From assembly GCA_037447605.1 (NCBI GenBank), contig CM074814.1, positions 2,418,001 through 2,482,000 on the forward strand: DNA of 64,000 bases, written 5' to 3'. The notes beneath the pieces are model-generated. The model did no database searches and was not told where the DNA came from. It saw nothing but the letters and a program-made list of their open reading frames with translations. This document shows positions 51,601 to 64,000 of the stretch, in pieces (positions within the stretch are counted from its first letter, which is position 1; the number at the start of each line of letters is the position of its first letter). The stretch comes from Zygnema circumcarinatum SAG 698-1b. Lineage: Eukaryota > Plantae > Zygnematophyceae. Made by a program: the position numbers and the translations under genes.

Positions 51601-54164
51601 GGCAGGGAGGGAGGGAGGGGGAAATGGAGGGAGGGAGGGAGGGGAGAGAGTGGAGGGAGGGGAGGGAGGGNNNNNNNNNNAGGGAGGAGGGCGGGTAGGG
51701 AGGGAGAGGGAGGAAGGGAGGGAGGGAGGGAGGGAGTGGGGAGGGAGAGGAGCGGGGAGGGGGCGGAGGGGAGGAGAGGGAGGGAGGGGCGGAGGTTAAT
51801 GGGGGCAGGGGGGAGGGAAGGAGGGCGAGGGAGGGGGGTGTGACTGTGGGGGAGAGAGAGGGAGAGAAAAGGAGAGGGCGAGAAAGGTAACGGAAGAGAG
51901 GGGAAGCGATCGTATTTGAGGGAGAGGAGAGTGGAAGTCAAGGTACCGGAAGGGAGAGAGAGAGATACAGAGTCCTATTCCTATTTCATCTGCAAATTTA
52001 GCATTTCTGACTCTCGCCTCCTCGTCTTCTCCCTCTCTTTCCCTTTCCTCTCTCCTCCTCCTCCTCCCCCCTCCCTTCCTTAAGATCTTGCGCATATTCA
52101 CGACAAGTTCCTTGGACAGCTTCCTTCCAACGCGTCACAGTTTGTCACAGCTGTACGGCAACGGTTTCCATGCATAGTTGATACGAAATATCTTGTACGG
52201 GCGGAGCCGGAACTGCGAGGGCTGCTCGGAAAGAAGAGCTCGCAGCTCGCCTCCCTCTATGAGGCCTCTCTCTCCCTCCCGCAGGAGGGGGAGGGAGGGC
52301 TCAGATTTGAGAGTGCAGGAGAACTCAGCAGGTGCAGATTTCACTATGCCAATACGCAATTTTTGGGATGGAAAAATGTGTGTTCCCATGTATGCAGTGC
52401 AATTTACACATATGAAACGGCATATACTTGATGATGATGTTCCCGTAGTATCCTAGATTATGAACAGATTGCATCTTTGGTTTTGCGTCCTCGCTGTATT
52501 GGCAAAACACATACATAATTGTATATGGGGAAAGGCATGAAGGCGTCCCAGTATTGAACTTGTTTTCTAAGGCTGCTTCTATGTAGAGATCTTCTTGTCA
52601 TGGATGCTGAAGTTCTTATGTCCATACATGCATGCATGCATGCAGGTATCAAGATGTATCAGCCCACCATGAAGCCGGCTACGATGCATTCATGACAGCG
52701 GTTGTTTTCGCCCATTCGTGTCGGATTTTAGGAGCGGATTTAAGCAAAATTTCCGACCTGAAAGGGGCTATCTTCGAGGCAGAGTCCTCTCTCTCCCTCC
52801 TCCCTCCCTCTCCCTCCCTCCCTCTCTCCCTCCCTCCTCAACCTTTTCAGCAGAGTGGGCCCCCACAAGCCCCAATGGGAATGGAGAGTTTATGGAGAAT
52901 TGCAAGAAGAGCAAACGCTTTAACTATGGGGAGAAAGGGACCCAAAGAAATGGCCATTGATCTTGTGACTGGGGAAGAAGCTAAGGGTTTTCGGAATCTT
53001 CTCGGACCCGAGGAAAAACCCTACCGAAGAAACGACCGTCTAAATGTGATTTTGCTTTGGAATTTACCGAAAGATTCTAACTATGTTAAGCTAAAAGAGG
53101 CAGCAAAGAAGCTCGCTGGAAACCATGGCCGGATAACAAATGTGTGTTATTTGGATGAGGGGAGCGCTTTGGTGGAGTTTGGAGAGAGGAAGTTTGCTCA
53201 GTCCTTCTTAGAACTCATGCAGTCGGAAGAGGGGGGAAGAAAAGGGGAGACTTTTTTTGTGGAAGTTCAAGCTGCTCCTTTTTCCGCCTTTCAGAGCCTC
53301 TGCAGCTCTCTGTTGGCCTTCTCTTCTGTCTCAGAGGGGGCGCAGATTTTAGGGTTAGGGTTAGGGTTAGGGTTAGGAAGGCAGCATGCAGTCGGAGGGA
53401 AGAATGGAGGTCAGGGGAGGGAGGAGGAGGGGAGTGGGAGGAGTGGTAGAGGGGGGGAGGGGGGCGGCGGGCAAGTGGTTATGTCGCAGCTGAAGAGGGC
53501 CCTTCAGGATGAGGTGGAGGAGGGAGAGAGGGAGGAGACAGAGGGAGGGGGGAAGGCGGGAGGTAGTGAGGGTGGTAGTGAGGGTGGTAGAGAGGGAGGT
53601 GGTGAGGGAGGTAGTGAAGGAGGAGAGGGGGGAGATGGAATGGCAGAGGAGCTCCGAGCGAGGATGCGGAAAAGGATGGCGAGGACCCCGGCAATGTTGG
53701 GTGAAAATGGGGACAATCTTGGCTTAAGTGTGGGGAAGCGAGAGGGAGAGGGAGAGGGAGAAGGAGAGGGAGAGGGCGAGGGAGAGGGAGAGGGAGAGGG
53801 AGAGGGAGAGGGAGCGGGCGAGGGAGTAGAGAGTGGGGAACGGAAAGAGGAAGGGACTGATAGGGAGGGTGGAGACTCACCATTGGTCAATGTAGTCAAC
53901 GAGGTCAATGGGGTCAACAAAGTCAACGAAAACAATAAGGTCAACAGAGTCAACGTGATCCAACGGAACGGTTCGCAGGGAACGGGGCTGGAAAAAAGTG
54001 CTGGGAAATATTGGAGTTCGAAGTCTCACTTTGAGAAGTGGGTGGGGAGAGGGCCCGGGGGAGGGGAGAGGGAGAGGGAGAGAGAGAGGGAGCGGGAGAG
54101 GGAGAGGGAGAGGGAGAAAGGGACAGAGGGAGGCCCTCAGAAGGAATTGAGGACACAGCAATGA
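48698..54164 (+). CDS. PARN: Poly(A)-specific ribonuclease (PARN, CAF1/DEDD family) with N-terminal organellar presequence
   Basis: Exons 48698-~49492 (FIAFDFEFTG...VQFGLC), ~49901-50037 (FNIHVFP...SSIEFLATHNVDFNAWIRDG), ~50241-50729, ~51145-51246, ~51416-51542 (PLVGHNCLLD), ~52085-52330 (VDTKYL) and ~52646-54164 (HEAGYDAFMTA, RRM-like segment, low-complexity tail). All DEDDh catalytic motifs are present. Confidence 0.93.
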
Positions 54165-54514
54165 AAATGGAAAATGAGTTTTTGGAAATTTGGAGGACGA
54201 TTCAATTTCGATTTGTTTCCATGGTGTCTTCTTGGTTTGAGTTGATCGTGGAAGGGAAAAGGGCAACAGAATGAAATTTGTTTGCTATTTTTTTTTTTTT
54301 TTTTTCATTCCCTCCTCCCTCGCCCCTTTTTTAAAGGTACTTAATGAACCCTTAATATATGAGGCAGCCTCGAAAGCTAAAACCCCTAAAAACCCAAAAG
54401 TTAAAATCTGAGCCCCCAAATGGCTGTTTGGTGGATCTGCTTAAAAGCGACAAGCCATTTTCAGGCGTTGGTTGGCAACCAACCATTGGCTTCGTTTGAT
54501 GAAACTGTATTCGC

Positions 54515-54718
54515 TATATGTCGGTATCGGTTTGATACGATATTCGATATGCTCCAGAACCGGGCAGAAAATGTACGGCGGGCAGGCGGAATTTTTTACA
54601 GCGAGTCACGTCACGACAGGACGACGTGGCAAATCGCATATATGCCGATACGATATTGTCTATACATCACGATATTGCGATATACCGCAGACTTAAAATC
54701 CCGTATCGGATAACCCCT
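54515..54718. mobile_element. CGATA-rich degenerate MITE-like tract
   Basis: tcggtatcggtttgatacgatattcgatatg...gccgatacgatattg...cacgatattgcgatataccg...ccgtatcggataacccct. Confidence 0.45.
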
Positions 54719-55152
54719 TCAAAAAGCGAACGAGGGCAACTGGGAAGCTGACGTCAGGGTCAGGGCCTCGGCCAATATACACGTGCCACGTTATCAATTG
54801 TTCCCACGTGCGAATTGTGATTGGCTGGGTATGTGCCACTTCCTTACTGGATCCACGTGGCGGATTGTGATTGGCTGTTTCTCAATTTTAGCAATGCAGA
54901 AACTCGCCTCATGGAGTGACTTCAAAATTTTGGAAGCCCTTCAAACCCTAATCTGCATCCCTTGTTCCCCATTTTTTTCTTTTCCCTAATTTTCACGTAG
55001 AGTGTCAGTCCTAGAGAATCGTATTACATACAGTGTAATTTAAGAGATTTCGTGCAGTGCTGGGATTTTTCCTTTCTTTTTTATTTTTTTTTTCCTTGTA
55101 ATTTGCTGCCAAAGTTTGCTGCCAAGCTGCTGCTGCAACAGTGGTGCGCCAA

Positions 55153-58100
55153 ATGGCGGAGGGCTCCAACTGCAAGTTCGCTGCGGGGCCCGCTCTGCCG
55201 CTCAGCACCGCCGCCGACATGGCTTCGCCAGCTGGCATGTTCCCCGGTGCGCGTAATCGCTATGCCTGTTCAATATAACCTTTTTCGCTTGCAATATAAT
55301 TTGTCTGTAGCTGAATGTGGATTTAAGAATGCAGCGCTTGATTGTGTATGCAAAATTAGAGCATCTTCTCATTATATACATCTGGACCAGACGGGCAGAT
55401 GAGGCTCTTGCAGGACGGACGGTCTGTCAGGTTTCATATTTGCAATACAATTGAAGGTTTTTTCTGAAGGGATTTTTCCTACAGAAGTACGATTTTATCT
55501 AATCTTTTTCATGATTTGAAGAAAAAACTACTTTATTGAACAATACTGAAGATACAATTTTCACTTTCTATTTTTTTCTGCTGAAATTTGCAGCATTCAT
55601 ATTCTTTAAAGCACTCGTGTTCATTGCTATTCAAACGCTTTTGTTTTTTTAAGCATTATTTGATTTTGATCATGATTATCTGCTCTGATTATCTCAAGTT
55701 TGTGTTTGGCAGATTCTTGGAAGAATTTGGTCGAGAGAGTGTTATCATCATCATCGCCATCATCATCGTCGAGGTCCAGTCCTCACTTTGTGTACATCGG
55801 AGGCAGCTCTCGTCTTGATTCCACTCTTCCCTTCGCTTCAATCTCTTCATTTTTTTCGCTCCGTGACCAAAACCACGACTTTCTGACAAGCCTTCCCTTT
55901 GCGAGAGTGGCGCCGCCTCGAGGACCTCCGCCAAGGTAGAAAGTCAGGCACCAAAAAAAAGATCTGAATGTGGACATCATGTGCACTTGGAAGTCATGGT
56001 TGCCTTGCATTTTTTAAGGCGAGCATCAGGCAGTATTTAAGGAAGTTGGATGCCCATTGGTTCTGTTGTATACGATGATATGTTTGTGATCGGTGTTTTA
56101 TCTTTACCCCCTCCCCTGCCCCTCCTGCCAAGCAGGCAGGGGGCCCCGCAGGCTGCAAAGAAGGTCGAGCATTACACTGTTCGGCGAGTGAAGGGAGACG
56201 GGCGATGTCTATTCAGAGCTCTGGTACAATAGCATGAACCCACTTTGACGTTTTGTATCTTTCATTGTTTTCCCGATGTTTTACTCTTTCTTGTATAGCA
56301 CTTGTAGTTTTTAATCCTCAACGCTCAATCCTCAACTATTATTTTCTGAGGCCAAAACTCAATGTTTACATTTGTTCGCAAACATGCACATTCCCCCGAG
56401 TTCTTGTCCGACTCCACGGACCCTAAATGTCCTAGTTACTGCTCAGTATCGATAGTCCCTTCCTTGGTGATCCATTCTCTTTTTCAGAAAGATTCGAACC
56501 AGATAGCCGGTTGTTTATGTCATGTTCATTTCCGTTTCTGGGCGTGTGAAGGTTCAAGGCATGGCCACCAATAAAGGAGAGCCGCTGAACTTAGACGAGG
56601 AGGAGGAAGAAGCAGGTAAAGCTTGAGCCCGCTCTCCTTGACTTGTGTGAAAAAATGACCTCCAACTTTCAGAGGGTTCTTGAATTTTTACTGCCTTCAC
56701 AACAATAGAACTATCCAGATTTCTAGGGCTTCTAGGGTTGACTTCTCAACTCCTTTGCTAACTATTGCTAAGCAAGTTGAATACGTTTTTTCTTCCCAAT
56801 GCTCTCTCTCATCTTTATAGACCATCTCACTAATGATCTCACTCTCTCTCTTTTTCGGCAGATCAGCTGAGAATGGCTGTTGCAGACGCCCTTTGCCGCA
56901 ATGACAAGCGGAGACAGAAATACGAAGAGGCTCTTATAGCCATCACAGTCGAAGAATCCATCAAAATGTGAGGGGACTCTCTCTCGCTAGCACTCTGTCT
57001 CTACCTCCCCTGCACATTGTCTCTGGCTTCTTCATTGTTTCGACAACTATCCCGTCTCGTTGTCCATTGCAGTGATCCTTCTTGTTGCCTAAGAAGATAG
57101 AGAGCGCGTAGATAGAGAGGGAGAGCGGGAAGAGGAGGGGAGGGAGGGGGGAAGGGTGGGGGGAGGGGAGAGGGAGAGGGGGGGAGAGGGGCAGAGGAGG
57201 GCAAAAGAGGTAGAGAGAGGCAATGAGGTGGAGAGGGGGAGAGAGAGGGGTTACGTTGTTGTATAGGCAAGTCTTTATCTTCTGACACGGGCAGGGTGCT
57301 CTGTGTATCTCTGCAGGTATTGCCAGCGAGTTCAAAGTCCAGACTTTTGGGGGGGAGAGTCAGAACTCCTGGTTAGTGCCTTGATCCTCCTCTATCGACC
57401 ATAATATTTATTACAGTTATTATTACTATTGTTTGTAGTTACCGCTCTTGCTGCCAGATCTTGTTGTTCGGAAATAGCAGACATAGAAAACTGCGGAAGG
57501 AAAGCTGTTCTATTGGAAAGTGCTATACAGGAAGGAAGTTGTCTGCTAATACAAAACGAGAAATTAAGGATGATACTGCCAAAAACTTAGTTCGAATTTG
57601 CAAAGTCTAGAACAAAGCTTCGATGACTTCCATTACTTCATTTGATTTTTCATGTAAATAACTTAATGGTTTTTTTTTTGAGGACCCTGGCTTGAAGGAG
57701 CTGTACGAAAGTCAGCAAGCGTGCAGATCACATTTAACCAAATTACGCATTTTTCCTGTGCAGGTTCTTTCTCGAATGTGTTCGCAGCCGGTAGTTGTGT
57801 ACATTCCGGAGTCACTGGTGAGAGTGATTCTTTTTTTGCGAAGCACTCTCTCTCTCGCTCCTCTCGCCCCCCTCTTTCCTGTCTCACTCTCTCTCAGCCC
57901 ACTTTCCCCTACCCTTCATTCTTGGATCCCCCCCACTCGGTCTCTTCTTAATTTGAATGCCTTCAAAAAGAAAGGAGAGGAGAAGATGAAGCAGGGAAAG
58001 CAGATAGGGAGGAAGGAGAGAGACCGAGAACGGGAAAATGGGAGCAAGGAAAAGTGGCGCAGGGGGGGGGGGAGTGAGGAACTTCAACAGAAGATGGGAG

Positions 58101-58427
58101 GAGGGAGAGGGACCAAGGGAACGCGAGAGAGACAAGGGAGTTGAAGGGCAGGGAGGTAGATGGAAAGCCAAAGCCTTTCAAGCCATAGAGACAAGCCCTA
58201 AGAAGGTGATTCCTTTTCAAAGCCTATACGTGTGTTGTCTCTGACAAGATTTCAGGGCTGTGGTGTGGTGTGGGGTTCAGGCCAAGCGGGGAGGCAAGTG
58301 GGGTTCAGGATACGTGCCCATCCAGGAGTACGGAGGCGAGTTTACGAAGGCCACTAAGGAGAGGAAGGCTCGGAAACCGGTGCGCCTTTTGTACAACGGA
58401 AGCAATCACTACGACCTTCTAATCTAA
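55153..58427 (+). CDS. OTU3: OTU-domain deubiquitinase, OTU3 (At2g38025)-like
   Basis: Probable exons 55153-55246 and ~55713-55935 (N-terminus less certain), then ~56136-56224 (AAKKVEHYTVRRVKGDGRCLFRAL), ~56552-56615, ~56861-56967 (YEEALIAITVEESIK), ~57317-57371 (DFWGGESELL), ~57764-57817 (QPVVVYIPE) and 58281-58427 (PIQEYG...VRLLYNGSNHYDLLI*). Catalytic Cys (GDGRC) and His (NHYD) are present. Confidence 0.92.
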
Positions 58428-58968
58428 GGACGCGCATTGTTCCCTTCAGTCGTACCTCGCATTGACGAAGTTTGGCTCTGTTGGACTCAGCTGACTGATT
58501 TTGACTCAATTTGCTTAGTTTAGACTCCATACGAAGAAAGCCCGGGAAAGATATATTGCGATTCAACGGAGAGGCATTCACTCACGGAAAGCTCCGTTGC
58601 ACAGAAGTCACAATCACATAATGTAATGGCTCGACAATAGGGCTGGAGTTTGGTTTTAGGAGAAAGTAAAGTTCACACATTGGATTCACATAGAAACGGT
58701 CACGTTGCACTGACAGTTGAGTTCTAAATAGAACGGACTCAACACTATTTCTTGGGATCGTTTTTTTTTTTTTTTTTTTTCTTATAAAAAAATTGTTTCC
58801 TTCAATGTCTTGAGGATTCAGTTCACTACTCTTTTGCACCTTCCTTTATTTTGGGTGACCAATGTCACGACACACCCAGTGAGAGGGAGAGAGAGAGCGG
58901 GAGAGGGCGAGAGGGACAGAGTGAGAAAAAGGCACAGAAAGAATGTGAACCACACTCCTTAACACAAC

Positions 58969-60874
58969 TTAAGTCCTCCCACCCACTCTTCCTCCCACTC
59001 TCCCTCTCCGCCCGGCCTCCTCCTGCTCCAGAAATAGCCTCTTCACCTCCTCCTCCTGCTCCTTGCTCCTGCAGGCACTCAGCATCACCCTCCTTGTCAC
59101 CAGGTCCGCCTCCACCCCCGCCTGCCGCATCTGCTCATGCAGACGCATGCACTTTCTGAACAGCTGCTTTTTGGCGTACACGGAGATCATGGCCGTCCAC
59201 AGAGTCCCATCGGTCGCCATCCCAGTGGCCAGCGCCTCCTCAAAGAGGGTGACAGCCTTCTCTTGGTAGCCTCCCCCTCCATACAAAGTGATGAGAGCGG
59301 CATAGGTAGCTCTGTCAGGGGAGCGAGGGGGGGTCTTCATGAACTGAAAGAGCTTTTCCAATTTGTCGAATAGACCGGCCGTTCCGTAGGCCGTTAAGAG
59401 AGCGTTGTACATGTAAACGTCCGGCTTGGGTCCCTTTTCTTCTAAGGCCTGGAGGAGCTTCTCAGCCTCCGTGGCTCGCCCTGCTTTAGCGTATGCTCCC
59501 AAAAGGATGGTAAGGGTCTGCTTAGAGGGAGAGAAACCCGCACTCCGAAGGCTCTTCATGACTCTCTGTGCCTCTGCGAGAGGAGAGGCAGCCGGGGAAG
59601 GGACACTCTCACTGTGTTTGTATGGTTGTAGGGTTGTAGGTCTTTATATGGCCTTTAGGGCTTTGCTTGCAAAGGGGAGAAAAGAGGAGAGGAGAGGAGT
59701 GAGGGGAAGAGGCCAGGAGAGAGGAGAGGGGGGAGGTCGGAGAGGGAGAAGAGGGGGAAAAGGGAGTGAAGGGAGGGAGAGGGCCAGAGGACGAGAGAAG
59801 GGGGAGGGAGTGGAGTGGGTGTGGGAGGGAGAGAAGAGGGAGAGAAAAGGGCCTTGGGGCTTTCATGGAAGCTCTGGAAGGAGAGCCCTTCCTTACCTTC
59901 ACACATCCCCTGCAGCGCGTAGGAGTTGAGGAGGATGTTGTACGAAGCGAGGTCCGCTCTCACTCCCTCCTCCTGCATCACTTGGAATACCTCCTCTGCA
60001 CCGTGGGGGTGTCCGCCTTGGCTGCCCTCCCTCACACCCAAAGCAGACCCTCAAAAGTAGGCCTCTCTGAAACGGATTCCTTGTACAGCAGCAACGACAC
60101 TCTCATCGCCACTGCCTCTCCCTTTCCCTCTCGCTCTTTCCACGCTCTCCCTCCCTTTTCCCTCCCCTCCATCTCCTCTCTTACTCCCACTCCTTCTCTC
60201 TCTTCCTCCCTCTTTCCAACCCTCTCCCTGCCCCACCTCTCTCCCTCCTCCACCTCCTCTCCCTCCCCCTCCTTCCCTCTTCCTCCCCCTTCCCAACCCA
60301 CTCCCTCCCCCACTCTCTCCCTCCTCCACCTCTCCCACTTCCTCTCCCTCCCCCTCCTTCCCTCTCTACCTCCCTCTTCCCAACCCTCTCCCTCCTCATC
60401 CCCCCCTTCCCCCCTCCCTCCCACCCTCCCTCTCCCTCCCTCTCCTTCCCCATCTCCCCTCCCTCTCCTTCCCCATCCCCCCCTCCCACTCCTTCCCCAT
60501 CCCCCCCTCCCTCTCCTTCCCCATCCACCCCTNNNNNNNNNNCCTCCCTCCCTCTCCCTCCCTCACCAGTAGGCGTCCAGCAGCGCGTTATACACGAAGG
60601 TGTCCGGGGTGTACCCCATCCTCCTGAGCCCCTCCACCGCCCCCTCCGCCCTCTCCGCCAGTCCCGCCCGTCCGTACGCCGCCACCAGCGCCGTGCACGC
60701 GCGGAGGTCCGGGACCAATCCCGCCGCGCCGAGGCCCGCGAACACCGCCTCCGCACGCTCGGCCAACCGGGCCTGCTCCCGCCCGCATCGTTAGGGGCTC
60801 TCTCTCTCTCTCTCTCTAGGCTCTCTCTTTCTCTCTCTCTCACTCTCTCTCTCTCTCTCACTAGGCTCTCTCTT

Positions 60875-60923
<49 letters not shown>

Positions 60924-63632
60924 GTCTCTCTCTCTCTCTCTCTCTAGGCTGTCTCTCTCGCTCTCACTCGGCTCTCTCTCTCACTAGGCTCTCTTTCTCT
61001 CGTTCTCTCCCTCTCTCTCTCTCTCTCTGTCTAGGCTGTCTCTCTCGCTCTCACTCGGCTCTCTCTCGCTCTCACTCGGCGCTCTCTCTCTCACTAGGCT
61101 CTCTCTCTCTCTCTTTCTCTCTCTTTCACCCTCTCTCTCTCTAGGCTGTGTCTCCCGCTCTCACTAGGCTCTCTCTCTCTCTCGCTCTCTCTCTCAAGGA
61201 TTGCACAAACAATAACTGCAATTTGCGTCACTGGGTGTTACGCAGCAGAGTATGTCACTCTCTTGTTCTCTCCCACTCCACACAAGCAAGTCCGAGCACG
61301 AACCTTTCCGTACACATTTATCATCTGTGTGTATGTGGTGAGAGAGGGCTTCACGCCCTTATCAGACATCTCGCGAAACATTTCCTCTGCCCGCCTCACT
61401 TTCCTCTGCTTGCCCAACACTTCCAGCATCAAGTTGTACGTCACGAGGCCTGCCCGAAACCCCAAAACCTTTCCTCCGCATATCAATCCCAAAACATTTC
61501 TAAACCATATCCTCCCCCTCCCNNNNNNNNNNGGGGGGGAGAGGGGGAGGGGAAGGGGGAGAGAAGGGGCGGTGGAGTGAGGGGGGAGATGGAGAGAGGG
61601 GAGGGAGTGGGGGAGAAGGGGGAGAGGGGAGGAGAGGGAGGGGGAGGGGGAAAGGGGGAGGGGAAGGGGGAGAGGGGACGGGGGACGGGGAAGTGAGGAG
61701 GGACGGAGGGGCAGAGGAGAGGAAGGGAAGAGAAGGGAAGAGAAGAGGGAAGAGAGCGGAGGAGAGCGGAGAAGCAGGGAAGGGAGACATGCGGTGACAG
61801 TGAGAATGGGCTGAGAGAGAGAGGGATGGGAGGGCTACTGTGGGAGGGTGCGGAGGAGAGAGGAGGAAAGGGAAGAGTAGAGAGGGAGACGGGAAGGGAA
61901 GGGAGGGGCAGAGGGAGGAGGGAACGGGGAGGGAGAGGGAGTTGAGAAGATGGGGAGAGGGAGAGGATGGGCGGGAATGGAGAGGGACACTGGGGGAGAT
62001 GGGGAGTGGAGGAGAGGATGGGAGGAGGCGTGCATAGAGGAGGAGGGAGGGGGATTTGGCCAGGGAAGAGAAAGAGAGAGAGAGAGTAAGAGAGAACAAA
62101 GAGAGTGAGAGAGGAAGAGTTACCTCTATGATAGTTGAATACTCTTGCAACCGTTTGAGCTCGCCCAGAACTGATCGAATTTCCTGCCTCGGTGCCGGCT
62201 GCTGCTTGCAAAATAATTCCAAAGCTGTCCAGATTTCTTCCCTTTTCTTATGTGTCTTAAAAAAAGTCAGCAGTGCTCCAGCTCCTGGAGAGAGAACTTT
62301 AAGTCGATCAGGATTGATTTTCACATTTCGATAGCCCTGCTTCCAACCCTTCCTCCCTGCAGCAAAAAATATCACCATAAAGAAAAGAAAAATAATTAAA
62401 TTTGCTGACAATGTTTATTTACAATCAGTTGAAGTAAAGATACACATCTTTGCATGTGCATATTTTTGTAATTTTCTCTTAGGAGGGAATTTTTGGAGCA
62501 TACCTTGAGGGTCTGGTTGGGATTCCTTAGCGAGAGGATCGACATCTGGCTGTGAAGGTAGAAGTCTGCCAATTTCGGGGCCAAAATTGTAATTTGTTTT
62601 TCGGCCAGCAACACTCTGAGGTGGAATTTCAGCTACAATTCGAGGAGGAATCCTCTTACAATTTTCTTTAGATTTTTTAGCAGAAAAGAAAGTTGATTCA
62701 AAAGGGAGAGAAGATATTGTTGTAAATGTCCGGCTTGACAGATTTCTGCAGAAAATACGAAAGGGAGATTAAGAATAAAGCATCGCGAGGCAACTGACCA
62801 GAACATCTCTCTCGCTCCCTCTCCCCCTCTCTCTCTCTCTCCCTTCCTGTGCGATCCATTCGACAAAGTGCCTCTCTTCTGTGTCACGAGTGGTCCACGT
62901 CTCCTTCGCCACCCATCCATCTTTCTCTCCATCCATCTCAACCAGCCTCTATCTCTCTCCCCCTCTCTCTCTCTCTCGACGATAACACAGGAAGCTGCAA
63001 TTGCCATAAGGGTGTTTCGTGAGCCAAGACAGACCAAATCCAAAGCAAGAAATGAACTTTAAGAGGAGGGAGCGGGCCCCTCACCGTGTGGCTGCACAGC
63101 GACACGTGGCCTCCGCTGCCCTGGCCGGCACCTGAACCTGCAAGAGGCAAAATTGTGCACACACAGTGAGAGAGAGGAAGAGAGGGAGGCGGGTCAGCTG
63201 CAGGGGGCAGTGTGGGATCTTGAAAGGCAGGGCAGGGCAGGGCATGGCTGAAGAAGTAGTGGTAGACATTGGGGTTATACAGCATATAGCAAATCAGCTT
63301 TTTCGGGAAAGAAAGAGCAAAAAAAAGTATGATGGAGAACGTCACAAAATGCTGGAAGTTATCTCAAGACTCTTTAGTTTTATGTTTCAGTGTCATCATG
63401 TGAGAAAGTGGCGGGTCCTATTGCTGCTTCTCTTTTCTTCCGCAGGCAAACCCACAGAGCGCATTGCAGAGAAAAGAGTGATGAATACTAAAAAAGGAGA
63501 GGGGGGGAGAAAGCAAAATGCGCATTATGCTGATTTTTCAACTTCTCAAGCAGAGTAATAATGAATGATCCATTTTGTATGCAAGCCTACAGCAATCAAA
63601 ACTTCGCTGAGAGCACTCACCATGGCCTCCAT
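58969..63632 (-). CDS. P-class pentatricopeptide repeat protein, At2g35130/PpPPR_66-like, chloroplast-targeted
   Basis: Exons 63632-63621 (MEAM), ~63136-63084, ~62746-62502 (transit-like), ~62355-62124 (GRKGWKQGY...VLSPGAGALLTF), ~61470-61304, ~60773-60568, ~60021-59897 (GHPHGAEEVF...DLASYNILLNSY) and ~59575-58969 (KKQLFRKC...VMLSACRSKEQEEEV). Matches recalled At2g35130 segments RGRGWKYG/VLSPIAQKIL, GYPYGAAEIF and LLSACSSEEQVEQV. Confidence 0.85.
60805..61195. repeat. CT-microsatellite-based minisatellite (ctaggct / ctcactcggct units) in a PPR intron
   Basis: Repeated ctcactaggct(ct)n and ctctcgctctcactcggct blocks. Confidence 0.75.
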
Positions 63633-63864
63633 AGTATCTCAGTCGCTGGATCAAAATAATAATATTCAGTCGCAATTAAATTGATTGGCTCAATCAGCTA
63701 ACTATCAAACTAAGGCTTTGGTTCGCTTCAAGCCAAACTAAGAAAAAAAGGGCCTCCAAGACAGCTCTCTGTTCTTTGCATGCTATCAGAATGATTTTTT
63801 TTGTTTTCTGCTCGCAGGGCTTTTGATGCAGGTCTACTCTGGGCCCTGTTTTTGAAAAAGAAGA

Positions 63865-63925
63865 CAAACTTTAACCCTAACCCTAATTTTGAGAGCGTTG
63901 CGAGTCGCGAACCCTAAACCCTAAT
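63865..63925. promoter_or_regulatory. Telo-box cluster at the putative PPR promoter / 5' end of the next gene
   Basis: ttaaccctaaccctaattt and aaccctaaaccctaatt. Confidence 0.5.
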
Positions 63926-64000
63926 TCTGTTTCGTAGCAGCTCAGCGACTGCGCTGTTTCCTGCGGAACAAGTGGCTGGCGGGTTCGGTTTCAGGATCAG

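Noticed and set aside
59426-60861. Overlapping plus-strand ORFs opposite the PPR gene
   Set aside because: Antisense shadows of GC-rich PPR exons and low-complexity introns.

Overview
Eukaryotic nuclear DNA from a green-lineage organism, most consistent with a streptophyte alga (Zygnematophyceae-like; inferred from gene content, not proven). It has intron-rich genes, GA/CT low-complexity introns and several 10-N assembly gaps. Most long ORFs in the supplied track are low-complexity artefacts; real genes had to be rebuilt by splicing. Gene order: TAF1 5' part (-), plastid sulfate ABC permease SULP2/CysW (+), tRNA-Gly(GCC) (-), SUB1-like O-fucosyltransferase-fold gene A (-), chlorophyllase (-), Cys-rich putative thylakoid-lumen protein (-), CRIPT (-), METTL6-like two-domain methyltransferase (-), Mini-RNase III (-), SUB1-like pseudogene C (-), SUB1-like gene B (+), bHLH-ACT factor (+), PARN (+), OTU3-like deubiquitinase (+) and a P-class PPR of the At2g35130/PPR_66 type (-). 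The most notable non-genic signals are: (1) a ~90-130 bp dispersed repeat with a conserved hairpin, 9 copies, arranged partly as inverted pairs around single genes and abutting the truncation of pseudogene C; (2) an intact 385-bp hAT-type MITE with 9-bp TIRs and an 8-bp TSD; (3) telomere-type repeats used as coding sequence, as a stop codon and as a possible branch point; (4) G-box tandem arrays inside transit-peptide codons; (5) a tRNA-Gly with an unusual U2:A71 pair. All calls were made by eye without database searches; exon coordinates marked ~ are approximate.
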